From: Malacoraja senta
Lineage: Eukaryota
DNA: 64,000 nucleotides
NCBI GenBank assembly: GCA_038087875.1
Contig: CM075984.1
Span: forward strand, 34,658,001-34,722,000
Direction: 5' to 3'
Below are positions 26,301 to 41,300 of this stretch, in pieces (the stretch's first letter is position 1; each line of letters begins with the position of its first letter). A model generated the notes under the pieces. That model was not told the DNA's origin. It ran no database searches and worked only from the letters and a program-made list of their open reading frames with translations. Made by a program: the position numbers and the translations under genes.

Positions 26301-29300
26301 CCAGACTGCAACTCAAACCCTTTAGGAAACAAAGACAAGATAAGTTTAAATCCATTTAGCATCTCGAGATCTGCTCAGTGGCATAATCATCGCTGGCACA
26401 CATTACATCTTACATTACCTGCAATTCACAGTGAAGTTAAGGAGTCTTTCAATCAGTCAGGAACAGCTTGCACTTATAAACTATCCTTTATGAAGTAAAT
26501 GTTTTAATGCTCTTCACAGGAAGAAAGCAAGCATGAATCAGTAAGGAAAGGTCAGTTGAGTTAACTAAAACCATTTTCAGAGAGGGATACCAAAAATACT
26601 TTTCAAAATGGGATGCTACCAGATGAGCAGTATGGATAGCGAGCTGGATTAAATGACAGAGGGATGCTTTCAATTGGCTGAAAGACTGAATGTAATTATA
26701 GATTAAACTAGACTAAGAGGGACCCGTTGGGTCCCAGCATCACACGGGAGGGCTGGTCCCCCAATGCAATATTCCACCTCTCCACCAATTCCAATATTGG
26801 TGGCCGGTGGGCTTTCTGGAGCGCTAGTATGGGTGTTGTGGGCAGAAGGGACTGGTTTCCAGAGGGCTAGTATGGACATTGTGGGCCGAATGGATACTTG
26901 GGCTGGCGGCTCAGTCACTCAAGCCTGTTGTGCTGGCAGCTCACTCACTCACGGCTGGTGGGCTGGCAGTTGACTCACGGCTATTCCTTGAAATTTCATT
27001 TCAAGCAGGGTGCAAGGCCACCAAATTCAAGTGCAGTTTCATACCATTTCAAGCAGGGTGCAAGGCCACTAAAGACAGCGAGTCGTGACCTCTCCCTCCT
27101 CCATCTTGCAGAGACTGAGCCACGCCCACACATCTGGGCTTTATAGCCCCCCCTCCCACCAGAAGGGGCGTGGCCTTCATGGCGTGATTGACAGGAGAGA
27201 GAATTTCAACATTTTTAAAACACTAATAACTCTTTTATTTTTCATCGATGGGAAAAATCCTCGGCACCTGATGAGCGGAGGAGGAGTAAGATGGCCAAAA
27301 ATCACAGCCGAACGTGGTAGCGTTTTTTCTAAAACAATATAAAGCGCAAACAGGAAGTGGTCAAGATTAGACTTTTAATTATATAGAATGCAAGGCAACT
27401 TTAATTAGGCAAGGCAACTTTAATTAGGCAAGGCAACTTTAATTAGGCAGGGCAACTTTAATTAGGCAAGGCAACTTTAATTAGGCAAGGCAACTAATTA
27501 GGCAACACAGCTTTAGCATTTCCAAACCAAAGGCAACACAGCTTTAGCATTTCCAAACCAAAGGCAACAGTTTTAGCATTTCCAAACCAAAGGCAACACA
27601 GCTTTAGCATTTCCAAACCAAAGGCAACACAGCTTTAGCATTTCCAAACCAAAGGCAACACAGCTTTAGCATTTCCAAACCAAAGGCAACACAGCTTTAG
27701 CATTTCCAAACTATATTTTCAAACCACATTAAGGGCACTGACAGGTCAGTAAAACCACTCACAGTTTAGTAGACATGTGTTCAGTGTTATTCACAGTTCA
27801 GACTCAGAGACGTGACCCTCTCGCTCCCCCATCTTGCAGAGACTGACTGAGGCACTCAACACTTCCGGGTTCTATAGTCCCTCCGGAAGGGGCGTGGCCT
27901 TCAGGAGAGAGAATCTCAACATTTTTTAAACACTAATAACTCTTTTATTTTTCATCAATGGGAAAAATCCTCTTGTCCTGCGCAGCGGAGGGGGTCTCTG
28001 AGTAAGATGGCCAAAAATCACAGCCGTAAGTCGCAGTGTTTTGTCTAAAATCAATATACAGTACAACAGGGAGTGGTCAAGATCAGACTTTTAGTAATAT
28101 AGATTTGAAGACCAGATGAGATGGGAAATAGGAGGATGCAGAGGTTATGTTAATGAGCTTCAATGTAAGGCTGGAGGGAGTTGTAGAGATCAAATGGTAT
28201 GTTTTTTCTAGGGATTTCTACACATGGGTGAAGTTATTGAATTGAATCTATTGGGGATAGGGCTCCAGTTGACACCAGCTAAGGTTGTCATCATAGATGA
28301 GCAACTCTCATTGCAGGCAGAATGTAGGCGGTATAGGTTACTCTTCCATATACCAACTGAGTGGCTCTTTATAACTAGGCTAGTCTACAAAGCCCAGGTA
28401 ATTGGGTTACAGAACTACACAATGGCACAGTGGTAGAGTTGCTGTCTTACAGTGCCAGAGACCCGGGTTCGATCCTGATACAGGTGCTGTTTTGTACAGA
28501 GTTTGTACGTTCTTCCCATGACCTGCGCAGGTTTTCTCCGGGAGCTCCAGTTTTCACCCACACTCCGAAGACATAGTTTTGTAGGCTAATTGTCTTGGTA
28601 AAATTGTAAATTGTCCCTACTGTGTAGGATCGTTAGTGTGCAGGGATTGCTGGTCAGCACAGACTCGGTGAGTCGGAACGCTTTATTGGCTAGATTTATT
28701 GGGCAAGTTGCTCAAAACCTTGAATGCCTTGAATTAATATTGGTCAGTCTCTTACACTTAATAAATAGACAGATATATTAGGCACCTTGGTGCCATATTA
28801 CTGTACTAATAAAATAAAATAAAAAATTAAATAAAAAATAGCCAGGATGCAGACAAATTGCAACAGGTTTTCTGAAGTAGGGTTTTTGCAAACTGTGACA
28901 ACTTCTAGCCCAATGGCAATAGGGTCCCTTTTGTGTACCTGCGCTTCTCCCTCTTCTCCTCAGCATAGTTGCATTTTTCCCCTGTGGATGATAGTAGTAA
29001 GTGCAGCTCTCTCACTAAAATGCTCCAGAGAAAAACATGAAATATGGAACAAGAAACGTCATAGGAGAACTCAGTGGGTCAAGCAGCATTGTGGAGGCAA
29101 AGTAGCTATCTTTCCACTGTGCTCTCAGTCCTGATGCAGGGTCGCAACTCAAAATGTTAACAATCCCTTTGTCTCCACTGATGCGGCTTGACCTGCTCAG
29201 CTTGACCAGCAGTTTATTCCTTTGCTCCAGATTCCACAATCTGCAGTCTCTCGTGTCTACAGTTAAACTCTCGAATGGAAAGCATCAGCATGGAGTTTAA

Positions 29301-32300
29301 TAGTGTAGATATCTCAGTACCAAGTTGCTGTTATCCAAAGTTACATACTTCAGATCAAGATGTGAATTGTGCGTGTTTTTTTAGCTTTCTCTGCCTTCTT
29401 CTGACAACTGCTTTCTTGCTGATTGTCCTTGGATCTCCTGGGACCAAGGGCAAGTTATAGCCTATACGTTGTTTCACCTGGGAGTGATGTTGAAAACCAA
29501 AGCCAAGTCTGATCTTTTGGTATATCTATCAAAAAGAAGCCACCAGACTATGACCTGAAACGCCAACATGAACCATCATACTCCAGTATTCCAACAGTCC
29601 CTTAAAATTCAGTCCTCTGCTCTCCTAACTGCTCATGAATAGCTTGGTTCTGATTTTTTGTATAGTTCACCACCAATGGAAAATATCATTCAAATCCTAC
29701 ATTCTATCACTGCTTAATCTTCCATTTCTTAGCTGCAATCAATTTTGAGCAGTGATCCTTGGTAAGGAGTCTTGGTGGTGGAAGCAGCTCAGCAAATTGT
29801 AATATAGCCTATAGCAACTCTGTATATCAATGACAACTCTGGCCCAGCTATGAACGTCACTGGCAAACCAGTAAAGAACATAACAACATTCACGTCCTTA
29901 TATTTGTTGTAGCTAGCCTGACTATAGATCTGGATGGCTCCTCCAGTCTAGCTGGCTGCACAGCCCACAGTTATTATTACCATTTCTTACCTCCGTTGTT
30001 TTTGACTTTGCATAAACTTTATCCATTGATTTGGCACTGGCATTTACCGCATGTGCAAGCTCTTGTTCCATGGTATGATGAAGCTGTGCTGTCTCCCGAA
30101 TCCTGGAGAGACAGAGGAGGTGGATGGTCATTGTAGGGAACAAAAATAAAAGACGGGGAACAATAGCTCTCAGAACTATAGCAAAAAGGAAGACAAAAAC
30201 CCAATGCAGAAGTTGATAGGAGACAAATCATACAGGACAGTGCGCTGTTGGGGAAGCAAATGTTGCTCCTTCATGAAGACATATCAGGAGAGTAAATTAT
30301 GATCTGACCAGTTTCGTTGTGAATCAGTCAAAGCCAAAACCTCATCGGACACTCAATTGAACTATACCAGGAATCAAAAGAAGCAGCTTGGCATTGCCTA
30401 ACCATTGAGGTCCAGCGATATATATGACAATAATATTGGATGAGAATATTAGTTTCTCCATGTGACATACAACTTACACCTCTAACCCTGTTCTTTAAAA
30501 TACATAGCTTATAGCAGTGAAATACATGCAATTCATAGTTGATTAGCATAGATCTGTTGGGCCAAAGGGTCTGTTTCTGTGATCATAGCTCCATGACTAT
30601 GACTTCTCACACCTGCACAATATAGCCTGTTTTACTGTTGAACAGTTTATGGCGCTGAACTACCAGGGGACAGAGGATCTAGTGGGAGGGAGGAACTGAC
30701 GAGAATCCACATTAGTCAGGAAATGGTGTTGGTAAACTGTTGGGACTGAAGGCTGACAAATCCCCAGCGCCTGATGGCCTGCATCTCAGAATACTCAAGG
30801 AGGTGGCCCTGGAAATCGTGGATGCAATGGTGATTATTTTCCAATGTTCTATAAACTCTGAATCAGTTCCTGTGGACTGGAGGGTAGACAATGTAACCCC
30901 TCTTTTTAAGAAAGGAGGGAGAGAGAAAACGGGGAATTATAGACCAGTTAGCCTTACATCGGTAGTGCGGAAGATGCTTGAGTCGATTATTAAAGATGTA
31001 ATAGTAGCGCATTTGGAAAGCAGTGACAGGATCGGTTAAAGTTATGAAGGGGAAATCATGCTTCAATAATCTTCTGGAATTTTTTGAGGATGTAACAAAT
31101 AGAATGGATAAGGGAGAGCCAATGGATGTGGTGTATCTGGACTTTCAAAAACCATTTGACATGGTCCCAAACAAGAGATTAGTGTGCATAATTAGAGCAC
31201 TTAAAAGCCTTTGACATGGTCCCACAGAAGTGATTAGTGGGGTGTCACAAGTCTCAGTGCTGGGACCTCAGTTATTTACAATATATATTAACGATTTAGA
31301 CGAGGGAATTAAATGTAACATCTCCAGGTTTGCGGATGACACAAAGCTGGGTGGCAGTGTGAGCTGTGAGGAGGATGTTAAGAGGCTGCAGGGTGACTTG
31401 GATAGGTTGCGTGAGTGGGCAGATGCATGGCAGATGCAGTGTAATGCGGATAAATGTGAGGTTATCCACTTTGGTGGCAAGAACAGGAAGGCAGATTATT
31501 ATCTGAATGGTGTCAGATTAGGAAAAGGGGAGGTGCAATGAGACCTGGGTGTCCTTGTACATCAGTCACTGAAAGGAAGCATGCAGGTACAGCAGGCAGT
31601 GAAGAAAGCTACTGGCATGTTAGCCTTCATTGCAAGTGGATTTGAGTTTAGGAGCAAGGTCCTACTGCAGTTACACAAGGCCCTGGTGAGACCGCACCTG
31701 GAGTAGTGTGTGCTGTTTTGGTCTCCTAATTTGAGGAAGGGCATTCATGCTATTGAGGGAGTGCAGCGTAGGTACACCAGGTTAATTCCCGGGATGGCGG
31801 GAATGACATATGATGAAAGAATAGGTCGATTGGGTTTGTATTCACTGGAGTTTAGAAGGATAAGAGGGGATCTTACAGAAACATACACAATTCTTAAGGG
31901 ATTGGACAGGCTAGATGCAGGAAAAATGTTCCTGATGTTGAGGGAGTTCAGAACCAGGGGTCACAGTTTAAGAATAAGGGGTAGGCCATTTAGGACTGAG
32001 ATGAGGAAAAACCTTTTCACCCAGAGAGTTGTGAATCTGTGGAATTCTCTGCCACAGAAGGCAATGGCCAATTCACTGGACGTTTTCAAGAGTAAGTAAG
32101 ATTTAAATCTTAGGGCTAACGGAATCAAGGGATATGGAGAAAAAGAAGGAACGGGGTACTGATTTTGGACGATCAGCCATGATCATATTGAATAGCGGTG
32201 CTGGCTCGAAAGGCTGAATGGCCTACTCCTGTACCAATTTCTATGTTTCTATGTAACTCTGTGTATAACAAGTAGACACTTTTTAAATCATGTAACAGGT

Positions 32301-35300
32301 AACTTGCAACTCCGATCCATTTCTGGCTAACTTATAGTTTGTTACACATGCAAAAGAGAAGCAACTTATACATTCCCCTTAACGTTTAGTGTCACATTGC
32401 ATATAGCAGATGGATGTGAGCTTTTATCCTGCACATTACATCCTCTGACAATCGTTCACCACAATGAACATTGCAATTTGCTGCTTGCAGCTCTGAAGTT
32501 TCTCTTGCACGGTACAAGGTCTCAACATTTATGTTGGAAATAAATTTTAGCAGAGATTTAATATTTAATGTTGATGAACAACTCTCTTCACACAGGAAGC
32601 CTATTCAAGGTTTAGGGTTGGAGGTCTGTCCAGTCTTCTGCCACAATTGCAGAGCTCACTCCCAGGATATCTGCAGCTTGGCCTGTCCTGCTGTCTCAGC
32701 TGAAGGAAGATGTGTAGTAGGGGGAAATTAGGCAAATGTTCTTTGAGCCACTTACTGATGGATGAGCGTTCCAGCCGCTCGGCCAAACTGATTGATCTCA
32801 GCAGCTTCCTCTTCTGAAACCGTCTCGGGTTGCAAGGCGTGCTGTGATGATGGACGAGGTAGTTCACATTTTTGCTTATCTTCCCAAGACTTCAGTGTAT
32901 TCTCAAAAGCCTGTGGGAGGGGCAAATACAAACACACTCAAGATTGATGACAAATCACCCATCCGCACTCAAACTTTGACAGCACTGGAATTTAATGCCA
33001 TTCCATCTCTTTTCACCTTGGAGTTACAGGAAGCAAAGGTGTGACATCACACGATTAAGATGCAGTATATTTTCCTCCAGTGTAGTATTTCTTGAGAAAG
33101 GCAATATGTTCAGTAAACATTCTGCCATTGTTACATGTTAGGAAACTTTCTTGTTATGCCATAACTATTACAAAATGACTAAAATAACAGGCAATTAAAC
33201 ATATCATTTCAATTAAGAGAAGCTGTTCATTGAAATCTGTCCATGTTTGTTATGGAGCTGGCGAATCATTGCATACATATGCAATTTGCAACAGGTAGGG
33301 CTAAACGATTTCGCAAGCAACATACCATATCATAGCTCTGGTCATCAATGGTGTGATCAATTAAACAACAAATGGAAGAATTCTCCAAAAACAACTGCAT
33401 CATCAATGATAGTAAGTCCTTGCAGGCAAGTGCATGACAAGGCTGACGCATTCGTAATCATGTTCAGAGAGAAATGCTAAGTGAGTGATCCATCTGGTTT
33501 CTTTCTGGGCTCCCCGCCAACGTGGAAGGCAGTTTTCAGTCAATTTGATTTATTCCGCATGATATCAAGTGGATACAGCTATGGGCTCAGACAACAGCCA
33601 ACCTCTAACACTAATGATCCCTGCTCCAGAATTGACTGTGCTCCAGCCAAGCTATTCCAGTACAGTTACAATGCGATCATTTATCCAACCAAGAGGAAAA
33701 TTGCTCATATACTATTCAAAATAAATGGCAAATCTAATTGGCTATTTATCTCCCAGTCAGTTCATTCTCAATCATCAGTAAAGCGATGCATGGTATCATA
33801 GACAGCAGTTACATAAGAACAGGAATAAGAGTAGGCAAATTGACTAACTGAGCCCGCTTCACCATTTTATAAGGTGCACAATCTTGACAATCTTGCTATT
33901 TTTGCCATCATCCTTCTTCACATCTCTTGACCCCTTGCTGTTTAAATGTCTATCAACTTTTGCCTGGCATATATTCTATGACTGCCTCAGCAAATGTATG
34001 ATTTTTAAATTCCAAAGATTAATGCTCTTGGAAAGAAAAAATACCTCCTCAACTCCAATTTAAATGGGCGAGTCATTATTCAGGAAATATGCTCCATAGT
34101 TCCCCACAAGAGAAACATACCCCCAGGATCACAATGTCAATCCCCTTCAGAATCTTCTATTTCAATAGTTACACTTCTCATTCTTCTATCCTCCTATGCA
34201 CAGTCCCAACCTTTTTTAAAAAATATGTCAACCCTTCCTACCTGGAATCAATCTAGTGAATATTCTTTGCACTGTCTCCTTTACAGGTACATTCTTCCTT
34301 AAATATGGAGAGCAGAACTGTAGGCAATATTCCATGTGCAGTCTCAATGTCCTGTAAAGTTATTTCAAACTCCACACCCTTTGCAATAAAAGTTAATGTT
34401 CCATCAGCCTTCTTAATCAATTTCTGTACCTACATGCTAACTCTTTTTGCTTCACGTTCTCTGACTTCTAGATTCCTTTGTCCTGAAACAGTTTTTATTT
34501 TCATTCCATGTAAATAATGATGTGTTTTTACATTCTTCCTTCCAAAGTAGATAACCTCACTTTATCACATTATACTCCATCTGCCAATTCCTTACCCACT
34601 CACTTGAACTACCTAAGTAACAATGCAGGGTCTTTGTGTACATCTTACAAATTGGTAATCTTTTATCATCAGCAAATTTGGCTATATTACACTAGGTACC
34701 TTTACCCAAATCATTAATCTGGATTATATATAGTTCAGACCCCAGACTAATTATTATGGCACCTCAACAGTTACAGATTGCTATTAACGTGTCAGTCTTT
34801 TATTTTGTGGAATAACCCTTCTGGAAATCCAAATACACTATATTTACTATTTGTCCTTAATCCACCGTGTTTGTTACATCCTCTAAAGAATAGCAAATTT
34901 ATGAGAATGAAAAACAAATTATTATTTAATATATACTTTCTACCAGATTTCTGTGTAATGCCACTAATAAAGTAAAGGAAATTGTCAGTAGTCGTTTGTA
35001 ATCCATGTACAATATTCTTAAAACAAATTAATGAAAGTGTAATTTCTGCATGGTTGACATTTACTGCCAATGTAGAATTTTAAAGTGTACAATAAAAACT
35101 ATTTTTCAAAGTTGGCCTCTCTGGAATTTACTTTGGCTTTCCTTGCTTAAAATCAAGAAGAAATCTGTACATATTGTGTGCTCAACCAGTCTTCAAGCTA
35201 TAACCTACCCGGTCTCTGGTCAACATCTGTGCACGATTCTTGTGAATGATTTTGATGTAGCCAGGGGGTTGGATCCAAGCTTCCCCATCCACTTGTACCG

Positions 35301-38300
35301 GGACTCCTTCATCACCGAGGATTGTAATCTTTACTGAACGGCACTAGGGGTGGGGAAGAAAATGAATCAAGGTTAAACAGGTCATAAAAAGAGCTGTGGA
35401 AGAATCCACTGTTTTAACATTTGCTCTCACCATCTCTATTCCACATAACAAGAAATAAGTCAAATATTTTCAACCATTTATTCCATTGTTGAATCAAAAC
35501 AAATAACCCATTTCTACGGGATTGATAATTGCGCAGTGTTTAAGATGAAAACAAAACTAAGTACACAACCTCTGAAAGAGTTCACTGTTTTAGCTTGCTC
35601 TAGGCTTATTATTAAATTCCAGGCTCAGTTATACAATTTCAATTTTTGCTTATTTGTTCTCAGGCTATAGGTAAGATCAACAAGGCTGATTTTTGCACAT
35701 ATCTAGTTGACCCAAGCTGTGGTGGTATGGCATCTTCCCTTAAAAGGCTGCTTTGTTTCAGTAACACCAGTTTATAGTGCCATAGGGTTAACCATGGCAT
35801 GTGGGTCTAAATGTGTAAGAAAGAACAGCAGATGCTGGTTTAAATCGAAGGTAGACACAAAATACTGGAGTAACTCAGCGGGTGAGGCAGCATCTCTGGA
35901 GAGAAGGAATTGGCGACATTTCGGGTCGAGACCCTTCTTCAGGTCTAAATATACATGTGCCAAAACAGATGTTGGTAGCAAGTTTCTTTCCCCGAACATT
36001 GGTGAATCAGCTGAATTTTACAATAATTCCAAAATGAGATAGTTATTTCACTTTTTGTTTCCAATCAACTGGTTATTCCATTTACTGAATTTGATTCCCC
36101 TAGGCATTTTTGATTTGCATTCATATTTATAGCAATGGCTGTTTTATTCATTCTGATTAATCACTTGCATGCAGTGTCATTTCAAATTGTAACAGAGAAT
36201 TCAGCAAGAACATTTGTTTTTTTATTTGTGCGACAATCTGAGAGTGTCAGTTTGTGTAATGTTATATCAACAGTATGATCAGTTAATCTCTGATTAAATC
36301 TTTTTCTGTGTCTTTTGAGATACTATGAAATAAAAGTTTTGAATTTGCTGATACGAAATTTGTCACAAAGGTTAGGATATTAGTGGAGAGCGAACAATTG
36401 AAAGGGGAGGAAAGTGTCAGATCGTTCATAATTGAACAAATGATATAACATGGGATGACATCCCCAAATAGTTTTATGAGTCATGAAAAAGACAGAAGAG
36501 CAAGGCTTAACAATAATCTTGGCATTATTTTCAGTATTTTATGTTCAGTGGTACGGGAATAACAAGAAATAGGAGTTTAATCTATTACTGGCGAGAAGGT
36601 GCAGGAGGTTACGACGACACTGAGACCAAAAATAATCTGTGCAGAATAGATCACTTAAACAAAGTGGGAACAAATATCCTCGGCATGGCAATAAAGGTTG
36701 ATATGGAGAAGAGAATTGACTCAATCTGGTTGAGTGAAAGAGGAAGTAAACAAGCAGAGAAGAAAATAAAACAAGCAGGGTGACCCTTCTTACTTGTGTG
36801 ATTCGATGATGTTGTAAATTGATGACTCGTGAAACTGCCATTTGCATGCTTCCAAATACAGCCACTACTTCCAATATCTTATCATCAAAAGAAGGGGCTG
36901 TGAATATCTGCAGAGTGAAGAGCAAGGGTTAGGTCAGCAATGATATTATTGCACATGAGATTGCAGTATTGAGCTTTGCTGTGCAGAGATGAGTACCAAG
37001 GCTCTGTGCTTTCTGTCTACGATATATATCGAAAGGAATACTCCATGTGCAATCCCATTTATTTTTATATACCATCATTGGATCTTAAAGTTATACTTAC
37101 ATCGTCTTCCTTGGTTCCACCCCAAAAGTTGGTACCACCAGCATAGCTGGGGATGTTTAGCACTGCAATACCCTGCAGGCTGGGCAGGAGAATGCGCTGT
37201 CCATCACACTGCATTATAGAAGAAAACAGAAAAGTTCAATACTGAAATATAGCGACACCATCAAATGGTCCAGATCAGCATTAATAACAGGAGTAAAGCA
37301 AAAAAATGCCTGAGGTCAATGAATATATTCAATCATAATATACACAGGGACACAATAAACCTGTTGCAGCCAAACCAATGCTTAAAAAGGTTATTCATGA
37401 TTTTTTTGCTATGATGTTTTGCAGCACTATACATAAAGACAAGAAACATGTGCACCTTGTTTAAAATACTTTGTCAACCTGCCTTGTGACTTACAAAGGA
37501 TTGTGCAAAGAATTATTCACAGATCTCTTTATTCTCGTATCCACTTTTAAATTGTGTCTTTACTTTGTTTTTCCTCTTCTTCTGTCAAGCAAAATGTAAC
37601 GCCACATTTCTAGGCATCAAATGCCATCTGGCAGCTATCTGTCCATTTCACCAGCTTGGTGCGAACTTCTTGAAGTCCACTGCTATTTTTACTCACAGAT
37701 CACTTCACCTTCAAGTTTTGTGTCATTTGCAACTTGGAAACAGTACTCTGCACACTTAAGTACAAATCATTAATGTATAATAAGAAAATCTGTGATGCCA
37801 GCAGCGACACCTGAGGAACTGTATTGCACATTGCTGAGGAACAATCTTTTACTATTACTGTTTCTTGTTACTTTGCCAATTTCCTATCCATACTGTTCCA
37901 TCCTCTTCTGTGGTCTTCAATCTTGATGACAAGCCTGTCACGCACCACTTTATCAAATGTTTTTTGGGTCCATATATACCATAACAACTTCATTGCCCTC
38001 ATCGACTGTCCATGTTATTTCATCAAAAAACTCAGACATGTTATAAATACTCAATTGCATATCTCTGCAATTTCCCAGCAGATTTGCTCCACTATAGTCC
38101 CTGTATTCTCATCACACCTCCAGCCGATCATATTCTGTCTTTGATTATTCCAGAATATCCCCTGCAATATTCTCATTAATCCTCCTCCGTCTTTCCTGCA
38201 CTATCTTTCTGGACCACCAGTTATTTAGAGATATTTGAAAAACATTCCTGCCTTTAGCTGTGGCTGTTTTACCACAGCTTCATAACATTACATGGTTAAT

Positions 38301-41300
38301 TGCACATGCAACCCACAAAACGTGTTTAATATGCTTCTTACGTTTATGTCGTGCACTATAAACCTTTCTTTGACCCCCAATCCCCTCCCCCCCTCCTCTA
38401 TTCCCCCTTGGACTGGTTTTGTTTATAATCTTTCCACTTCTTCTTTGGTGCTTTTTTAAAATCATTTCTGTATCTATTTTTCTCTTTTCAATGCTTCCCT
38501 TCTGTACCCTATTCTTTACCAAATAACATGTTTTAATTCCCTGACTTTATTTAAACCAAATGCTTGCTTAAATTCATTGGGATTTCCGTACTTCTTTTAC
38601 TCAACAGGACTGTTTTTACCAATTAGATAGAGCTCTAGGGGCTAGTGGAATCAAGGGATATGGGGAGAAGGTAGGTATGGGTTATTGATTGGGGACGATC
38701 AGCCATGATCACAATGAATGGCGGTGCTGACTCGAAGGGCCGAATGGCCTCCTCCTGCACCTATTTTCTATGTTTCTATGTTAACCTTAAAATGAATGGC
38801 AGTCCATCTCCCTTGCTTCTTTTAATAACTGGGGTTCTCTTTCCCTAGAGAATTTATCTCTATCTCTTGTGCTGCTTTTAAACATTCAGAATCTCTCCCA
38901 TTCTCCACTTATTAATTCGAGCTGTGCTTTCCATGCTTCTTTTAAATTATTTGGGGCTGTGTTTCCCATGCCCCCTCTAAGCTCACCAGGGCTATGTCTC
39001 TCATGCATCCTTTACTGTAGGGACAGAAACCTCTGGGTTTTTTTTAATACAGAGGGACACTTTTTGAAGAAAAAAAGTTAGCTAGAATACCCAAGAATTT
39101 CTTGTTCTTCATCCATTAATACTGGGGAATATTTGACAGCTACCACAATAGGCAGCTCGGGACATTTGAATATCTGAAAGATTATACTGGTGTAGCATTG
39201 TTTGTCCATGAATTGGGTCTTGAACTCACAATCCTCCGGGTATCAACATGGACAAAGTTGCCATGTACAGCATACATGATGGGATAGGGCAGTCTGAGCT
39301 TTACTGCATCTGACCCCTGTATTTCACTCAAGGCAGCCTGGTGAAAGTTTCATTCCCCAGCTCTAACATGTGATGCAGGGAAAAACCAAAACAAATTACT
39401 TAAAACGTTGGCCAGAGACAGATGGTCTAGAAACTGTGGAAGTGGACAGGATACCTACCTCTAATAGTACTTTCTGCTCCAGGTTTTTGTACGTTCTGTG
39501 TAGCAGCTCCTTGGTTCCAAGAACCCCATACCACATCATATTTTTTGTCCGACTCCTGAGAATAAACTATAAAAAGTTAAATACAATTCATAAGACACTA
39601 ACAACAAATAATAAATGTCATCACTTCCGAGTCATAATGACGTCCCAGTCGATTCTGGACTGGTCGAAACTAAATCTGAGGATTGTCGTCTGCCACTTGT
39701 GAATACTGAGTAGGAGGAAAATTGATGCCGTCTATGACAAAGGTTCAGGACAGAATGCACTACCAGGAATGAGAAGGTAACTGAAGAAGAGAATAAACAT
39801 ATGGAACAATGAGACAAAAATGATACGGTAAGAAAGTAGAGGAGGAGGAGGAAAATTCAACCATAAATTAAATTGGCAATAATGAAAGTTGTTGGGTTAA
39901 GTATGATCAGCAACATAGAGATTTTCACTTCTGCACAATGTGAAGTGCAATGTGAACTGCAATGACTTCTGTCATTTTGCTCTTCATCTGATGTTAACAA
40001 TTATCTCCTACAATGACATGGAACATGAAGCGTGGAGAAAGAAAACTAAATGAGCAGCTTTCAACAGTGTTCCGCAAGGATGCGTTCTCAGACTGTACTA
40101 TACTCCCTGTTACACCCAAGACTGTGCAGCTATATTATGCTCTATGTCCATTTACAACTTTGCAGTAGACGGTAGAGGACCATATCACAAATAGTGACGA
40201 GATGGAGTACAGGAAGAAGGTAGAGAGCTTAGTAAGATGGTGTCAAGACAGCAATTTCTCCCTCAATGTCAGGAAGACAAAGAAGCTAGTTATTTAGTTC
40301 AGGAAGCATGGTGGACGACACACTATGCCCCAATCAGCATCAAAGAGCGCTTCAAGTTCAAAGGCATAAATATGACCAACATTGAAATCACATTGAAACT
40401 AAGCACACCAATGCCTCTACTGAGGAAGTTCAAAATGTTGTCCTACAACTTTTAGTAACATATACAGATGTACTGCGTCAAAGCTTGGTTTGGGAATAGC
40501 TCTGCCCAAGACTGCAAGAAATTGCAGAATTATGGATGTAGCCCAGTCCAGCAAACGTATCAACCTCACCTCAACATCATCAACTACGTTTACACTTTAC
40601 GGTGCCTCAGGAATGGTGCCAAAATAATCAAAGACCATTTTCATCCTGATCATTCCATCTTCTCCTCTCTCCCATTGAGCAGAAGATGCAAAATCTTGAA
40701 AGCATGTACAATCAGATTCAGGAACAGCTTCTTCCCCTTTATTATCAGACAGAATGGTTTTTCCATAAGCTAGGGTGTACCCCTGACCTCCAGCCTACCT
40801 CATTGGAAACATTGGACTTTTGCTCTGTAACTGTTATAGTACTTTTAAAGAATATTCTGTATTCTGGTATTTTTCTTTTTGCACTACCTGCGATACATTT
40901 ATATGGCTTGATTGTACTTATGTTTAATTTGATGCACAAACAAAAGTTTTTCACTGTATCTCGTTGCACGTGACAATAATAAACCAATGGGAGGACCAAC
41001 TGAATCTCGGTTTACTCACCTGCATTTTTCTGGATGTTCGTCACGTTTGTTGTTGAAATCTAGGGATATTTTTGCATCCAATCCAATCCCAAAGTAATTG
41101 TTCATGACACATTTTTCCATGTACCCATTTCTAAAGAACAAAATAAATCAAACTTAGTTTTATTATCAATAAGATTGCACAGGTAAAATATTTCAGTTTA
41201 TTTCACCTTGCAAAGGTATATTCACCAGCTGGGAGGACCTGACCCTGACTCTGGGAGGACCCGGCCCGGACCCTGCCCAGACCCTGGGAGGACCCGACCC

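Larger units (their letters stand above)
26708..28103 (-). mobile_element. Composite non-autonomous Helitron
   Basis: Minus strand A|TCTATATTACTAAAA...GGGACCC-AAC-GGGTCCC-TCTTAGT-CTAG|T: 5' TC, subterminal hairpin, 3' CTAG, AT target and no TSD. A second internal 5' end lies at 27387. Confidence 0.88.

Noticed and set aside
27390-27711. CRISPR-like array of 31-bp and 19-bp repeats
   Set aside because: Units are head-to-tail with no unique spacers, there are no cas genes, and the context is a vertebrate intron; these are minisatellites inside a Helitron.
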